Shown: piece after piece, positions 19,214 to 27,289 of the stretch
Position numbering within the stretch: the first letter of the stretch is position 1
Layout of the letters: every line of letters starts with the position of its first letter
Assembly: GCA_965208015.1 (NCBI GenBank)
Contig: CBDBNT010000003.1
Coordinates: forward strand, 305,832 to 369,831
Direction: 5' to 3'
DNA: 64,000 nucleotides
Source of the DNA: Dehalococcoidia bacterium
GTDB taxonomy: Bacteria; Chloroflexota; Dehalococcoidia; Lucifugimonadales; UBA3495
Translations under genes and position numbers: made by a program
Notes under the pieces: generated by a model
Told to the model about the DNA's origin: nothing
Seen by the model: only the letters and a program-made list of their open reading frames with translations
Databases searched by the model: none

Positions 19214-19489
19214 TCAGCCCCTATGGCCCCGGCCTATATCGGAATCCCAAAGCCGCAGGAACATGAGAGCCTTGCGCCCACCGACATAGTACGCTGTTGC
19301 TCCAATGATTCCGAATAGGAGGAATACTACGATTTGCAAGATCAGAAGGGGTCCTCTAGGCAATGCGAGCACCGCATCGTGGAGGCTTGTCGGCGCGAAA
19401 TGTACAAATATCACGATGGGCAGAACGCCACATGCTCCTCCGACAACCGAGCAGGATATCATGAAGATATACGTAATAGGTTTTCGCAC
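19214..19489 (-). CDS. Hypothetical small membrane protein (91 aa)
   Basis: Three hydrophobic segments, lower G+C than surroundings, no recognisable family. Confidence 0.4.
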   Translation of the reverse strand: MRKPITYIFMISCSVVGGACGVLPIVIFVHFAPTSLHDAVLALPRGPLLILQIVVFLLFGIIGATAYYVGGRKALMFLRLWDSDIGRGHRG

Positions 19490-19535
19490 GACGTCTCGCC
19501 TCCCGAGGAAATGCTTGCGCCGGGTTCGCCCGAAC

Positions 19536-20252
19536 CTAATTCGCCTTGGCCACTACGGCCAATGCGGCCCGCGCCGCCTCGGTTTCGGCGGCGTTTTTGC
19601 TGCGACCCACGCCGGCGCCCAATACGTCGCCGTCCACTGCCACTTCAACGGTGAATTGAGGTTGATGCGCCGGTCCGGAGGACGCCACTACCCGGTAGGT
19701 TGGCGTGGGTTGGCCCTGCCCTTGCAGCAATTCCTGGAGTTCCGCCTTGGGGTTGTCCGGTCGCCAGCCGGGCTTGCAGGCCGCGGTTAGAGGTTCCGAC
19801 AGGGCGTGCAGCACCAATTCGCGCGCCGCGGCGTTGCCCTGGTCCAGGTAGACGGCGGCGATGACCGATTCCATGACGTCGCCCATCACGGCTTCGCCGG
19901 CCCGCCCGCCCGACGCTTCGAACCCGCGCCCAAGAAGAACGTACTCGGCGAGGCCGAGATCCCGGGCCGCGTCGGCCAGCGCGCGTTGACTGAGCAGGGA
20001 AGTCCAGCGCCGGGTCAGGCCGCCCTCATCGCATTCCGGCAGGCGGCGGTACAGCTCCTCGCTCACGATGAGGCGCGCCACCACGTCCCCCAGGAACTCG
20101 AGACGCTCGTAGGAATCCGTATCTGAACCGCCGGTCTCGTTGACGTAGGAGCGATGGGTCAACGCCTGAATGAGCAAGCCCCGGTCCCGAAAGCTCAGGC
20201 CCAGGGCTTGTTCCAGTTCGGCGACCGGGCGATTTGCGCCGGGCGAACTCAT
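19536..20252 (-). CDS. rnc: Ribonuclease III
   Basis: ERLEFLGD signature and C-terminal dsRBD. ATG 20252 (MSSPGANRPVAELEQALG) is preferred over track start 20288. Confidence 0.9.
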   Translation of the reverse strand: MSSPGANRPVAELEQALGLSFRDRGLLIQALTHRSYVNETGGSDTDSYERLEFLGDVVARLIVSEELYRRLPECDEGGLTRRWTSLLSQRALADAARDLGLAEYVLLGRGFEASGGRAGEAVMGDVMESVIAAVYLDQGNAAARELVLHALSEPLTAACKPGWRPDNPKAELQELLQGQGQPTPTYRVVASSGPAHQPQFTVEVAVDGDVLGAGVGRSKNAAETEAARAALAVVAKAN

Positions 20253-20268
20253 CCGGTGTCGAGCGCCG

Positions 20269-20901
20269 TTATCCGCGCACACCCTCATAGGGCCACGGCG
20301 GGGACGGTCGCTTGACCTCGCCCACGTGCTTGTGGTCGGCCATCATCTCGACCAGATTGTCGTAGATGGGTCCCGACTCGTCGTCGGACGGAATGAACAT
20401 CTTGACGAAGGCGGAGTTGCCGTTCGGGAAGACATAGAGGGGCACGCCGAAGGCGCCGTGCACTTCCACGGCCTCGGTGTGGCTCTCGCCGATCTCGCGG
20501 AGCACGTCCGGATCGGCCAGGTCCTCGGCAAACTGGCCCATGTCAACGCCCGACGCCTCGGCCACGGCGTTGATGGCGTCCGCGTCGGTCAGGTCGATGC
20601 GATCTTCGTGGCGAGCCTTCAGCAGGTTGATGAAGAAGCGGTCGAAGATCTCCTCGCCCTGGCGCTGCGCGGCGATGCCGGCCCGCAGCTCGAGCAGCGT
20701 GTTGTCCGAGTCGTCCTGCTCCCAGTACTTGAACCCGTCGTCGTTGTTGTTGTCGTGATTTACCTGGACCAGCGAGAATGGCTTCAGATCCACGGCGATT
20801 TCGTGGTCGGTATTCTCGCGTACTTTCGCCCACCACATGGCAGCGTTGTACACGAAGGGTCAACGAAAGTCGTAATAAACGGTGAAATCAGTTTCGGCCA
20901 T
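20269..20901 (-). CDS. DsbA-like thioredoxin-fold selenoprotein (210 aa) with in-frame UGA (Sec) at 20862-20860
   Basis: GGGAGG SD 8 nt before ATG 20901. The sequence MAETDFTVYYDFR-TGA-PFVYNAAMWW... is in frame with track ORF 20269..20853. The TGA sits at the redox-Cys position of the DsbA/FrnE-type (F/Y)xDFxCPxxY motif. Confidence 0.7.
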
Positions 20902-21057
20902 GATTTGGACCTCCCTGTCTGTGTTTGACCGTTGGTCCCGGGTGGGTTTTCCGGGTTCACTTGGTTCGTGGGCGGATTGTAGCACAGACGACTTCGGACT
21001 GGGCAAGTGTCAACCTGTCAACGCTGGAAGTGAGTTCGCACGAACTCACCGAGGGAC

Positions 21058-21157
21058 GTCAGAATCAGGATTTCCAGGATTTCGAGATTTACTGGATTGG
21101 AGCCATCCGATGAAAAAGAACACCCAATCCTGCAATCCCGCAAATCCTGATTCTGAC
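21058..21157. repeat. MITE-like palindromic element (100 bp) with perfect 16-bp terminal inverted repeats
   Basis: GTCAGAATCAGGATTT (21058-21073) versus AAATCCTGATTCTGAC (21142-21157). The arms contain 8-9-nt periodic GGATT / AATCC sub-repeats. Confidence 0.55.
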
Positions 21158-21188
21158 GACTTCCCGGCGCAAACCGGGTACGCATGAG
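21155..21188 (+). mobile_element. Relic of the right end of an IS related to the 13157-14339 element
   Basis: GACGACTTC...CAAACCGGGTACGCATGAG matches the IS 3' end (GACGACTTC...CAAACCGGGTACGCGTGAG; 18/19 in the terminal block). No transposase follows. Confidence 0.4.
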
Positions 21189-21243
21189 ATCGTTGCATTC
21201 ATAACTTCGATGCAAACGCAACGGCACTATGCGCGAATCGTAA

Positions 21244-21272
21244 TTGACCCGAAATAGGCAGATTGCTACAAT
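21244..21272 (+). promoter_or_regulatory. sigma70-like promoter (TTGACC-17-TACAAT) for P450 gene 1
   Basis: -35 at 21244-21249, -10 at 21267-21272 preceded by TGc. Confidence 0.6.
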
Positions 21273-21354
21273 TGCCCAAACGCGGCGACAATAGCCGCTG
21301 GTCATCTATGCCCGGCGGTGAGTTTGACCATGAAAAGTCAACGGGAGGGACTTT

Positions 21355-22641
21355 ATGGTTACCACCTTTAACGAAAACCTGTTTTCCCCTGAAGTCATCC
21401 AGGACCCGTATACGTACTTCGGCCGGATGCGCGAGGAGGATCCGGTTCACTGGAATGACCCCTACAAGCTGTGGGTCATCACCAAGTACAAGGACTTGGT
21501 TTGGGTCACCCGGCGCCCCGAAGCGTTCTCTTCCGAGGTATTCCACCGCGACCCGTTGCCTCCGTACCCTTCGATCGACGAGTCGGACATGGGCCTCTAC
21601 GAGGACGTGCGGAACTTCTTCAGCCAGTGGTTCATTCAGACCGACCGGCGCGCGGTCAGCACTCACGAGCACATTCGCGAGCACGGCGGCCCGGACCACA
21701 CCGACATGCGGAAGGTCATCCACGGCTACTTCACCCCCAAGGCCATGGAACTCTGGCGCCCGCTGGTGCAATCGGCCATCAAGCAGTTGCTGGACGAGGC
21801 CGAAGAGCGCGGCCACATGGACGTGATGCGCGACTACGCTACGCCGCTGCCGCTGCTGGTGATCGCCGCCATGATGGGCATCGAGACCTACGACCGGCAG
21901 TTCATCCGCTCGCTGGCCGAGAAACTGCTGTTCATCGGCCGGGGCAACGCCGACCGGATGCAGCCGCTGTCCGAAGGCATCACCGAGCTTCAGGACTACC
22001 TGCGGCCCATGGTCAAAGCCCGCCTGGACAATCCCAACGGCGACCTGCTGGACAAGATGACCGACGCCGCCCGCACTACCAACGCGGCCGGACAGCGCAT
22101 CATGGACGAAGAGCAGGTGGTCGCCAACGCCATCCTGTTGCTCCTGGCCGGTCACGAGACCACCATCAACCTGATCTGCAACGGCACCCGGGCGTTCATG
22201 GAGCACCCCGACCAGTGGGAACTGTTCAAGAGCGACCCCGCCGGCAAGATGATCCGCGCTACCGAGGAGTGCCTGCGATACGACCCGCCGGTCAAGTCCA
22301 TCACCCGCATCGCCGGTGAGGACGTCGAACTGGGCGGCAAGCTCATCCAGAAGGACGAGCGGATGCGCTGGTTCGTCACCTCCGCCAACCGTGACCCCGA
22401 AGTGTTCGACCGCCCCGACGACTTCGACGTCGAGCGGTATCCGAATCCTCACGTGGCCTTTGGCAGCGGCATTCACCACTGCCTGGGCGCGACCCTGGCG
22501 CGGCTGGAAGGGCAGGAAGCCTTCAAGGCCCTGGCCGAGCGGTTCCCGAACCTCAACATGAACTGCAACTCCGACGACCTCACCTATACCTCCAGCATCA
22601 CTTTCCGCACGCTGGAGACGCTGCCGGTGAGCCTGTCGTAA
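21355..22641 (+). CDS. Cytochrome P450 (paralog 1)
   Basis: I-helix LLLLAGHETT, ExxR (ECLRYD), heme loop FGSGIHHCLGATLARLE. Confidence 0.9.
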   Translation: MVTTFNENLFSPEVIQDPYTYFGRMREEDPVHWNDPYKLWVITKYKDLVWVTRRPEAFSSEVFHRDPLPPYPSIDESDMGLYEDVRNFFSQWFIQTDRRAVSTHEHIREHGGPDHTDMRKVIHGYFTPKAMELWRPLVQSAIKQLLDEAEERGHMDVMRDYATPLPLLVIAAMMGIETYDRQFIRSLAEKLLFIGRGNADRMQPLSEGITELQDYLRPMVKARLDNPNGDLLDKMTDAARTTNAAGQRIMDEEQVVANAILLLLAGHETTINLICNGTRAFMEHPDQWELFKSDPAGKMIRATEECLRYDPPVKSITRIAGEDVELGGKLIQKDERMRWFVTSANRDPEVFDRPDDFDVERYPNPHVAFGSGIHHCLGATLARLEGQEAFKALAERFPNLNMNCNSDDLTYTSSITFRTLETLPVSLS

Positions 22642-22668
22642 TCGGTTCGCAAATCCCCGCAGGGTTAC

Positions 22669-22705
22669 GAGGCCCGGCGAACATTCGCCGGGCCTCGGCT
22701 TTTGT
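22669..22705 (+). terminator. Rho-independent terminator after P450-1
   Basis: 12-bp stem GAGGCCCGGCGA / TCGCCGGGCCTC, 4-nt loop, then GGCTTTTGT. Confidence 0.75.
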
Positions 22706-22708
22706 CGC

Positions 22709-22737
22709 TTGCAAGCACGGCGTTCGGAGCCTATAAT
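22709..22737 (+). promoter_or_regulatory. sigma70-like promoter (TTGCAA-17-TATAAT) for P450 gene 2
   Basis: -35 at 22709-22714, -10 at 22732-22737. Confidence 0.65.
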
Positions 22738-22809
22738 CGGCGCATCAGAGCAGTTTGATCTGCGTAATTCGTCGGCAAATCACGTGTCGCACACCGGAGG
22801 TCGCAGGAA

Positions 22810-24069
22810 ATGGTCAGCACTATCAACGACAACCCATTCTCTCTGGAAGCGATGTACCAACCCTACGAGTTTTTCGCGCGGCTGCGCGATTGGGAGCCGG
22901 TACACTACAACGAGGAGTACGAGGTCTGGATGGTCACGGACTGGGAGCACCTGGTATGGGTGACCCGGCACCCGGAGGTCTTCTCGTCCAGCGTGTTCGC
23001 CCGGGACCCCCGGCCGCCGAACCCGCCCATCGACGAAGACGACATGGAGATCTACAACTACATCAAGAAGTGGCAGGTCTCCCGGTTTATCCAGCACGAC
23101 CAGAAGCGGTACAACCCCGGGGTCAGCGGGCCCGACCACGTGGACATGCGCCGGGTGATGCACGGTTACTTCACCCCCAAGTCCATGGAAATGTGGCGCC
23201 CCCTGGTTCAGTCGGCCATCGATGAACTGCTGGACGCCGTGCAGGAAAAGGGCCGCATGGACGTGATGGCCGATCTGGCCACGCCGCTGCCCCTGCTGGT
23301 CATCGCGCGGATGCTGGGCATCCCGGACAGCGACCGCCCCATTATGCGCCGGCTGGCCAAGGACCTGCGCCACCTGAACCGGACGGGCCCAAACCGCATG
23401 GGTCCCCTATCCGAATCGGTGCAGAACCTGCAGGACTACCTGGGCCCGCTGTGCGACGAACGCATCGCCAACCCCAAGGACGACCTGATCTCGGTCGTTG
23501 CCGAAGGGGCGCGGCGCGGCATCTTCGACCGCGACATGGTGGTGAACAACGTGATGCTGCTGCTCTCCGCGGGTCACGAGACCACCATCAACCTGATCTG
23601 CAACGGCACCCTGGCCTTCACCCAGCACCCGGACCAGTGGGCGATCCTGAAGTCGGACCCTGAAGGCAAGACCGTGCGCGCCACCGAAGAGTGCCTGCGG
23701 TACGACTCGCCGGTGAAGTCCATCCAGCGCATCGCCATGGAGGACATGGAGCTCAACGGCCAGCAGATCAAGGAGAATGACCGGGTGCGGTGGTTCATCT
23801 CCGGGGCCAACCGGGATCCCAAGGTGTTCGACCGGGCGGACGACTTCGACGTCGAGCGCTACCCCAACATGCACGTGGCCTTCGGCAGCGGCATCCACCA
23901 CTGCCTCGGCGCGACCCTGGCGCGGCTGGAAGGGCAGGAGATATTCCGCAACCTGGCCAACCGCTTCGAGAGCCTGGAACTGGAAGTCCCGGCCGAGACG
24001 CTGGAATACGACCAGCTCATCGGCCTGCGGGCGCTGGAATCGCTGCCGGTGACGGTCACCAACGCATAG
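22810..24069 (+). CDS. Cytochrome P450 (paralog 2)
   Basis: LLLSAGHETT, ECLRYD, FGSGIHHCLGATLARLE. Confidence 0.9.
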   Translation: MVSTINDNPFSLEAMYQPYEFFARLRDWEPVHYNEEYEVWMVTDWEHLVWVTRHPEVFSSSVFARDPRPPNPPIDEDDMEIYNYIKKWQVSRFIQHDQKRYNPGVSGPDHVDMRRVMHGYFTPKSMEMWRPLVQSAIDELLDAVQEKGRMDVMADLATPLPLLVIARMLGIPDSDRPIMRRLAKDLRHLNRTGPNRMGPLSESVQNLQDYLGPLCDERIANPKDDLISVVAEGARRGIFDRDMVVNNVMLLLSAGHETTINLICNGTLAFTQHPDQWAILKSDPEGKTVRATEECLRYDSPVKSIQRIAMEDMELNGQQIKENDRVRWFISGANRDPKVFDRADDFDVERYPNMHVAFGSGIHHCLGATLARLEGQEIFRNLANRFESLELEVPAETLEYDQLIGLRALESLPVTVTNA

Positions 24070-24095
24070 CCGCAACGACGACATCAGGCGCTTTC

Positions 24096-24131
24096 GTGCG
24101 CCGGGGAGGGTTATACGCCTCCCCGGCGCAC
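24096..24131 (+). terminator. Strong hairpin (14-bp stem) after P450-2, weak T tract
   Basis: GTGCGCCGGGGAGG / CCTCCCCGGCGCAC with an 8-nt loop, followed by ACCCATTTAAT. Confidence 0.5.
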
Positions 24132-24207
24132 ACCCATTTAATGGCGCTGTACGGTCAGCTGTAAGCCGGACCAAGCGCGAACGACTGCACTTCGTGCGAA
24201 TATCGGT

Positions 24208-24213
24208 TATAAT
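24208..24213 (+). promoter_or_regulatory. -10 box TATAAT for P450 gene 3
   Basis: TATAATCGGC is identical to the P450-2 -10 context. The -35 is poor. Confidence 0.5.
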
Positions 24214-24283
24214 CGGCCAATCTCAAGGCGCTGCGGGCTGTTGGGCCGGCAGCCATGTCAACGTACCACCGGAGGTACAACCA

Positions 24284-25555
24284 ATGGTAACCACCTTCAA
24301 CGACAATCCGTTTTCGCCGGAAGCGATCTACAAGCCCTATGACTTTTACAATCGGCTGCGCGAGCACCAGCCGGTGTATTACAACGAGCAACTCGAGGTG
24401 TGGATGATCACCTCGTGGGAACACTTGGTGTGGGTCACTCGGCATCCGGAGGCATTCTCGTCCAGCGTGTACGCGCGGGACACGCGCGCCCCGAACCCAC
24501 CGATCGATGAAGACGACATGGAACTCTACAACTTCATCAAGAAGTGGCAGGTTTCACGGTTCATCCAGCACGACCAGCGCCGGTACAATCCCGACGTCAG
24601 CGGCTCGGACCACATCGATATGCGACGGGTGATGCACGGCTACTTCACCCCCAAGTCCATCGAAATGTGGCGCCCCCTGGTGCAGTCGGCCATCGACGAG
24701 TTGCTGGACGCCGTCGAAGCGAAGGGTCGGATGGACGTAATGGCCGACCTGGCCACCCCGCTGCCTTTGCTGGTCATCGCCCGGATGCTGGGCATCCCGG
24801 ACAGTGAGCGGGAGCGGCTGCGCGAACTGGCCAAGGACCTGCGATTCCTCAACCGTGAGGGTCCCGACCGCATGAAGCCGCTGACTCAGGCGGTGCAGAA
24901 CCTGCAGGACTTCATTGCGCCAATGGTCGAGGACCGGATGACCAACCCCGAGAACTTCGATGCAACCGACCTGATGTCCGTGGTCTGCGAAGGTGAACGG
25001 CAGGGGGTGTTCAACCGGGATATGACCGTCAACAACATCATGCTGCTGCTGTCAGCCGGACACGAGACCACCATCAACCTGATCTGCAACGGCACGCTGG
25101 CATTCACCCAGCACCCGGAACAGTGGGCAATCCTGAAGTCCGATCCGGAAGGCAAGACCGTCCGCGCGACTGAAGAGGCGCTCCGGTATGACTCGCCTGT
25201 CCGGTCCATCCAGCGCATCGCGATGGATGATATCGAGCTGAACGATCAGCTGATCAAGAAGAATGACCGGGTCCGCTGGTTCATCCCCGGCGCCAACCGT
25301 GACCCCAAGGTTTTCGACCGCGCCGATGACTTTGACATCGAACGGTACCCGAACCAGCACGTCGCTTTTGGCAGCGGCGTCCATCACTGCTTGGGCGCAA
25401 CCCTGGCCCGGCTGGAGGGTCAGGAGATCTTCCGGAACCTGGCCAACCGCTTCGAGAAGGTCGAGCTGGAGATCCCGGTGGAAGAGGTCGAGTACGACCA
25501 CGTCCTCACCTTCCGCGCGGTGGAGAGCCTCCCGGTGAAGGTGACCAGCGCATAG
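24284..25555 (+). CDS. Cytochrome P450 (paralog 3)
   Basis: Start ATG 24284 (MVTTFNDNPF) after GGAGG. LLLSAGHETT, EALRYD, FGSGVHHCLGATLARLE. Confidence 0.9.
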   Translation: MVTTFNDNPFSPEAIYKPYDFYNRLREHQPVYYNEQLEVWMITSWEHLVWVTRHPEAFSSSVYARDTRAPNPPIDEDDMELYNFIKKWQVSRFIQHDQRRYNPDVSGSDHIDMRRVMHGYFTPKSIEMWRPLVQSAIDELLDAVEAKGRMDVMADLATPLPLLVIARMLGIPDSERERLRELAKDLRFLNREGPDRMKPLTQAVQNLQDFIAPMVEDRMTNPENFDATDLMSVVCEGERQGVFNRDMTVNNIMLLLSAGHETTINLICNGTLAFTQHPEQWAILKSDPEGKTVRATEEALRYDSPVRSIQRIAMDDIELNDQLIKKNDRVRWFIPGANRDPKVFDRADDFDIERYPNQHVAFGSGVHHCLGATLARLEGQEIFRNLANRFEKVELEIPVEEVEYDHVLTFRAVESLPVKVTSA

Positions 25556-25591
25556 TCATACCGGCGCACGCAAACCCACATCGAACATCGA

Positions 25592-25628
25592 GCCGGCGGT
25601 CGCAAGAGTGGCCGCCGGCCATGTTTTT
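25592..25628 (+). terminator. Rho-independent terminator after P450-3
   Basis: GCCGGCGG..CCGCCGGC stem followed by CATGTTTTT. Confidence 0.6.
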
Positions 25629-25643
25629 GAGCAGACCCTCGGT

Positions 25644-25672
25644 TTGAATTGTAGAACCGCTTGTGATAATTT
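25644..25672 (+). promoter_or_regulatory. sigma70-like promoter (TTGAAT ... TGtGATAAT) for P450 gene 4
   Basis: -35 TTGAAT at 25644-25649. Extended -10 TGTGATAAT at 25662-25670. Confidence 0.5.
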
Positions 25673-25708
25673 TGACCGCACCGACGACCACCTACTCAGG
25701 GGTTCACT

Positions 25709-26938
25709 ATGCCCGCAAACATCCACGACGACCTGTTCGCCGCCGAGGCGATCCGCGATCCGTACGGCTATTTTGGAGCCCTGCGGGCCGAGGCGCCGGT
25801 TCACTGGAACGAGCAGTACCAGATGTGGGTGGTGACCAGCTACGAGCGGCTGGTGTGGACGGCCCGGCATCCCGAATACTTCTCCTCCGAAGTGGCGCTG
25901 CGCGACAACAAACCGCCTTCTCCCACGATCCCCGAAGAGGACATGGAACTCTTTGGCGCCGTGCGGAATTGGATGGCGGCCCGGTTCACCCAGAACGACG
26001 GCGCGAAGCACAAGGAAAAGCGCAAGGTGGTTCACGGCTTCTTCACGCCCAAGGCGATGGAAACTTGGCGTCCGTTGGTCCGCCAGACGGTGAACGACCT
26101 GCTGGACGACCTTCAGGGCGCCGGCCGCATGGACGTCATGCATGACTTCGCCACGCCGCTCACCTACAGCATCATCGCCGGCCTGATGGATATACCGCCC
26201 AGCGACCGCGCCTTCGTCAAGGAGCTGTGCAGTAGCATGTGCGGTTTCGACGGGAACCAGCCGGACCGGATCCGGATGTACGCGGAGGGCGTGCAGGCGG
26301 TGACCGACTACTTGGCTCCCATCGTGGCCGAGCGGGTCCGGGACCCGGGCGACGACCTGCTGTCGGTGATCTGCAAAGGCGAGATCATGGGAGCGTACAC
26401 CCGCGATGAGGTGCTGGCCAATGCCCTCCTGCTCCTGGTCGCGGGACACGAAACCACCAACGACCTGATTTCCAACGGAGTGCTGGCATTCGCACAACAC
26501 TCCGACCAGTTTGACCTCCTGCGAACCGACCCTGACGCCCACATCGTTAACGCCGTCGAGGAAGTGCTGCGATACGACTCTCCGCTGAAATCAATCCAGC
26601 GTGTCGCGACCCAGGACGTGGACATGGGCGACGGGCAGCAGGTTGGCAAGGACGACCGCGTGCGTTGGGTGATCTCGTCGGCCAACCGCGATCCGGAGGT
26701 CTTTGAGGAGCCGGACGCCCTGGATATCACGCGCAATCCGAACCCCCACGTGGCCTTCGGCAGCGGCGTTCACCACTGCCTGGGTGCCACCCTGGCGCGG
26801 CTGGAAGGGCAGGAAGCCTTCGCCGAACTGGCACGCCGCTTCGAGGGGTTCGAACTGGAAACCGATCCCAACGACTTGGAATACCTGCCCAGCGTGGGGC
26901 AGCGCACCCTGCTGAACCTGCCGGTTGCAACACGCTAG
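25709..26938 (+). CDS. Cytochrome P450 (paralog 4, most divergent)
   Basis: LLLVAGHETT, EVLRYD, FGSGVHHCLGATLARLE. Confidence 0.9.
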   Translation: MPANIHDDLFAAEAIRDPYGYFGALRAEAPVHWNEQYQMWVVTSYERLVWTARHPEYFSSEVALRDNKPPSPTIPEEDMELFGAVRNWMAARFTQNDGAKHKEKRKVVHGFFTPKAMETWRPLVRQTVNDLLDDLQGAGRMDVMHDFATPLTYSIIAGLMDIPPSDRAFVKELCSSMCGFDGNQPDRIRMYAEGVQAVTDYLAPIVAERVRDPGDDLLSVICKGEIMGAYTRDEVLANALLLLVAGHETTNDLISNGVLAFAQHSDQFDLLRTDPDAHIVNAVEEVLRYDSPLKSIQRVATQDVDMGDGQQVGKDDRVRWVISSANRDPEVFEEPDALDITRNPNPHVAFGSGVHHCLGATLARLEGQEAFAELARRFEGFELETDPNDLEYLPSVGQRTLLNLPVATR

Positions 26939-27006
26939 CCGCCGGTCGCCGCAACCATGCTGGCGAACACCCTCGTTCGCCTGACCATCACGAGGAGGTT
27001 ACCCCG

Positions 27007-27231
27007 ATGGCCCGACAGCTGAAAATCACCGTGGACTACAACGTGTGCGTGGGCAACGCCATGTGCGAGACCTTCGCGGAAAACACTTTTGGCCTGAACG
27101 ATGACCGGCAGTCTTACGTTAAGGACCCGGCCGGCGATCCCGAGGAAACCATCATCGAGGCGGCGGAAAACTGCCCGGTCACGGCGATCACCGTGGAGGA
27201 CGCGGAGACCGGGGAGATTTTGTTCCCGTAG
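27007..27231 (+). CDS. Small ferredoxin, 3Fe-4S type (P450 redox partner candidate)
   Basis: 74 aa. C-x5-C...CP pattern (YNVCVGNAMCE ... AENCPVTAI). GAGGAGG SD. Confidence 0.85.
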   Translation: MARQLKITVDYNVCVGNAMCETFAENTFGLNDDRQSYVKDPAGDPEETIIEAAENCPVTAITVEDAETGEILFP

Positions 27232-27258
27232 AAAGTCGGCATCCAACTGGATACCATG

Positions 27259-27289
27259 GGGGCGAATGATCATTCGCCCCTACATTTTT
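27259..27289 (+). terminator. Rho-independent terminator ending the P450/ferredoxin array
   Basis: Palindrome GGGGCGAATGATCATTCGCCCC followed by TACATTTTT. Abuts the stop of the convergent LLM gene. Confidence 0.6.

Noticed and set aside
21199-22479. 426-aa minus-strand ORF, and similar long ORFs: 192..923(-), 11387..12493(+), 13118..14140(-), 17977..18963(+), 29186..30388(+), 31687..33111(+), 33361..34692(+), 37758..39671(+), 52961..54400(-), 56889..58376(-), 60529..62283(+), 61469..62458(-).
   Set aside because: Each lies antisense to or out of frame with a gene that has clear family motifs (P450, ilvE, transposase, pdxS, aroC, valS, SBP, gyrB, ggt, folP, carboxyltransferase). Their Arg/Gly/Ala/Pro-rich, motif-free translations are typical stop-poor shadow frames in high-G+C DNA.
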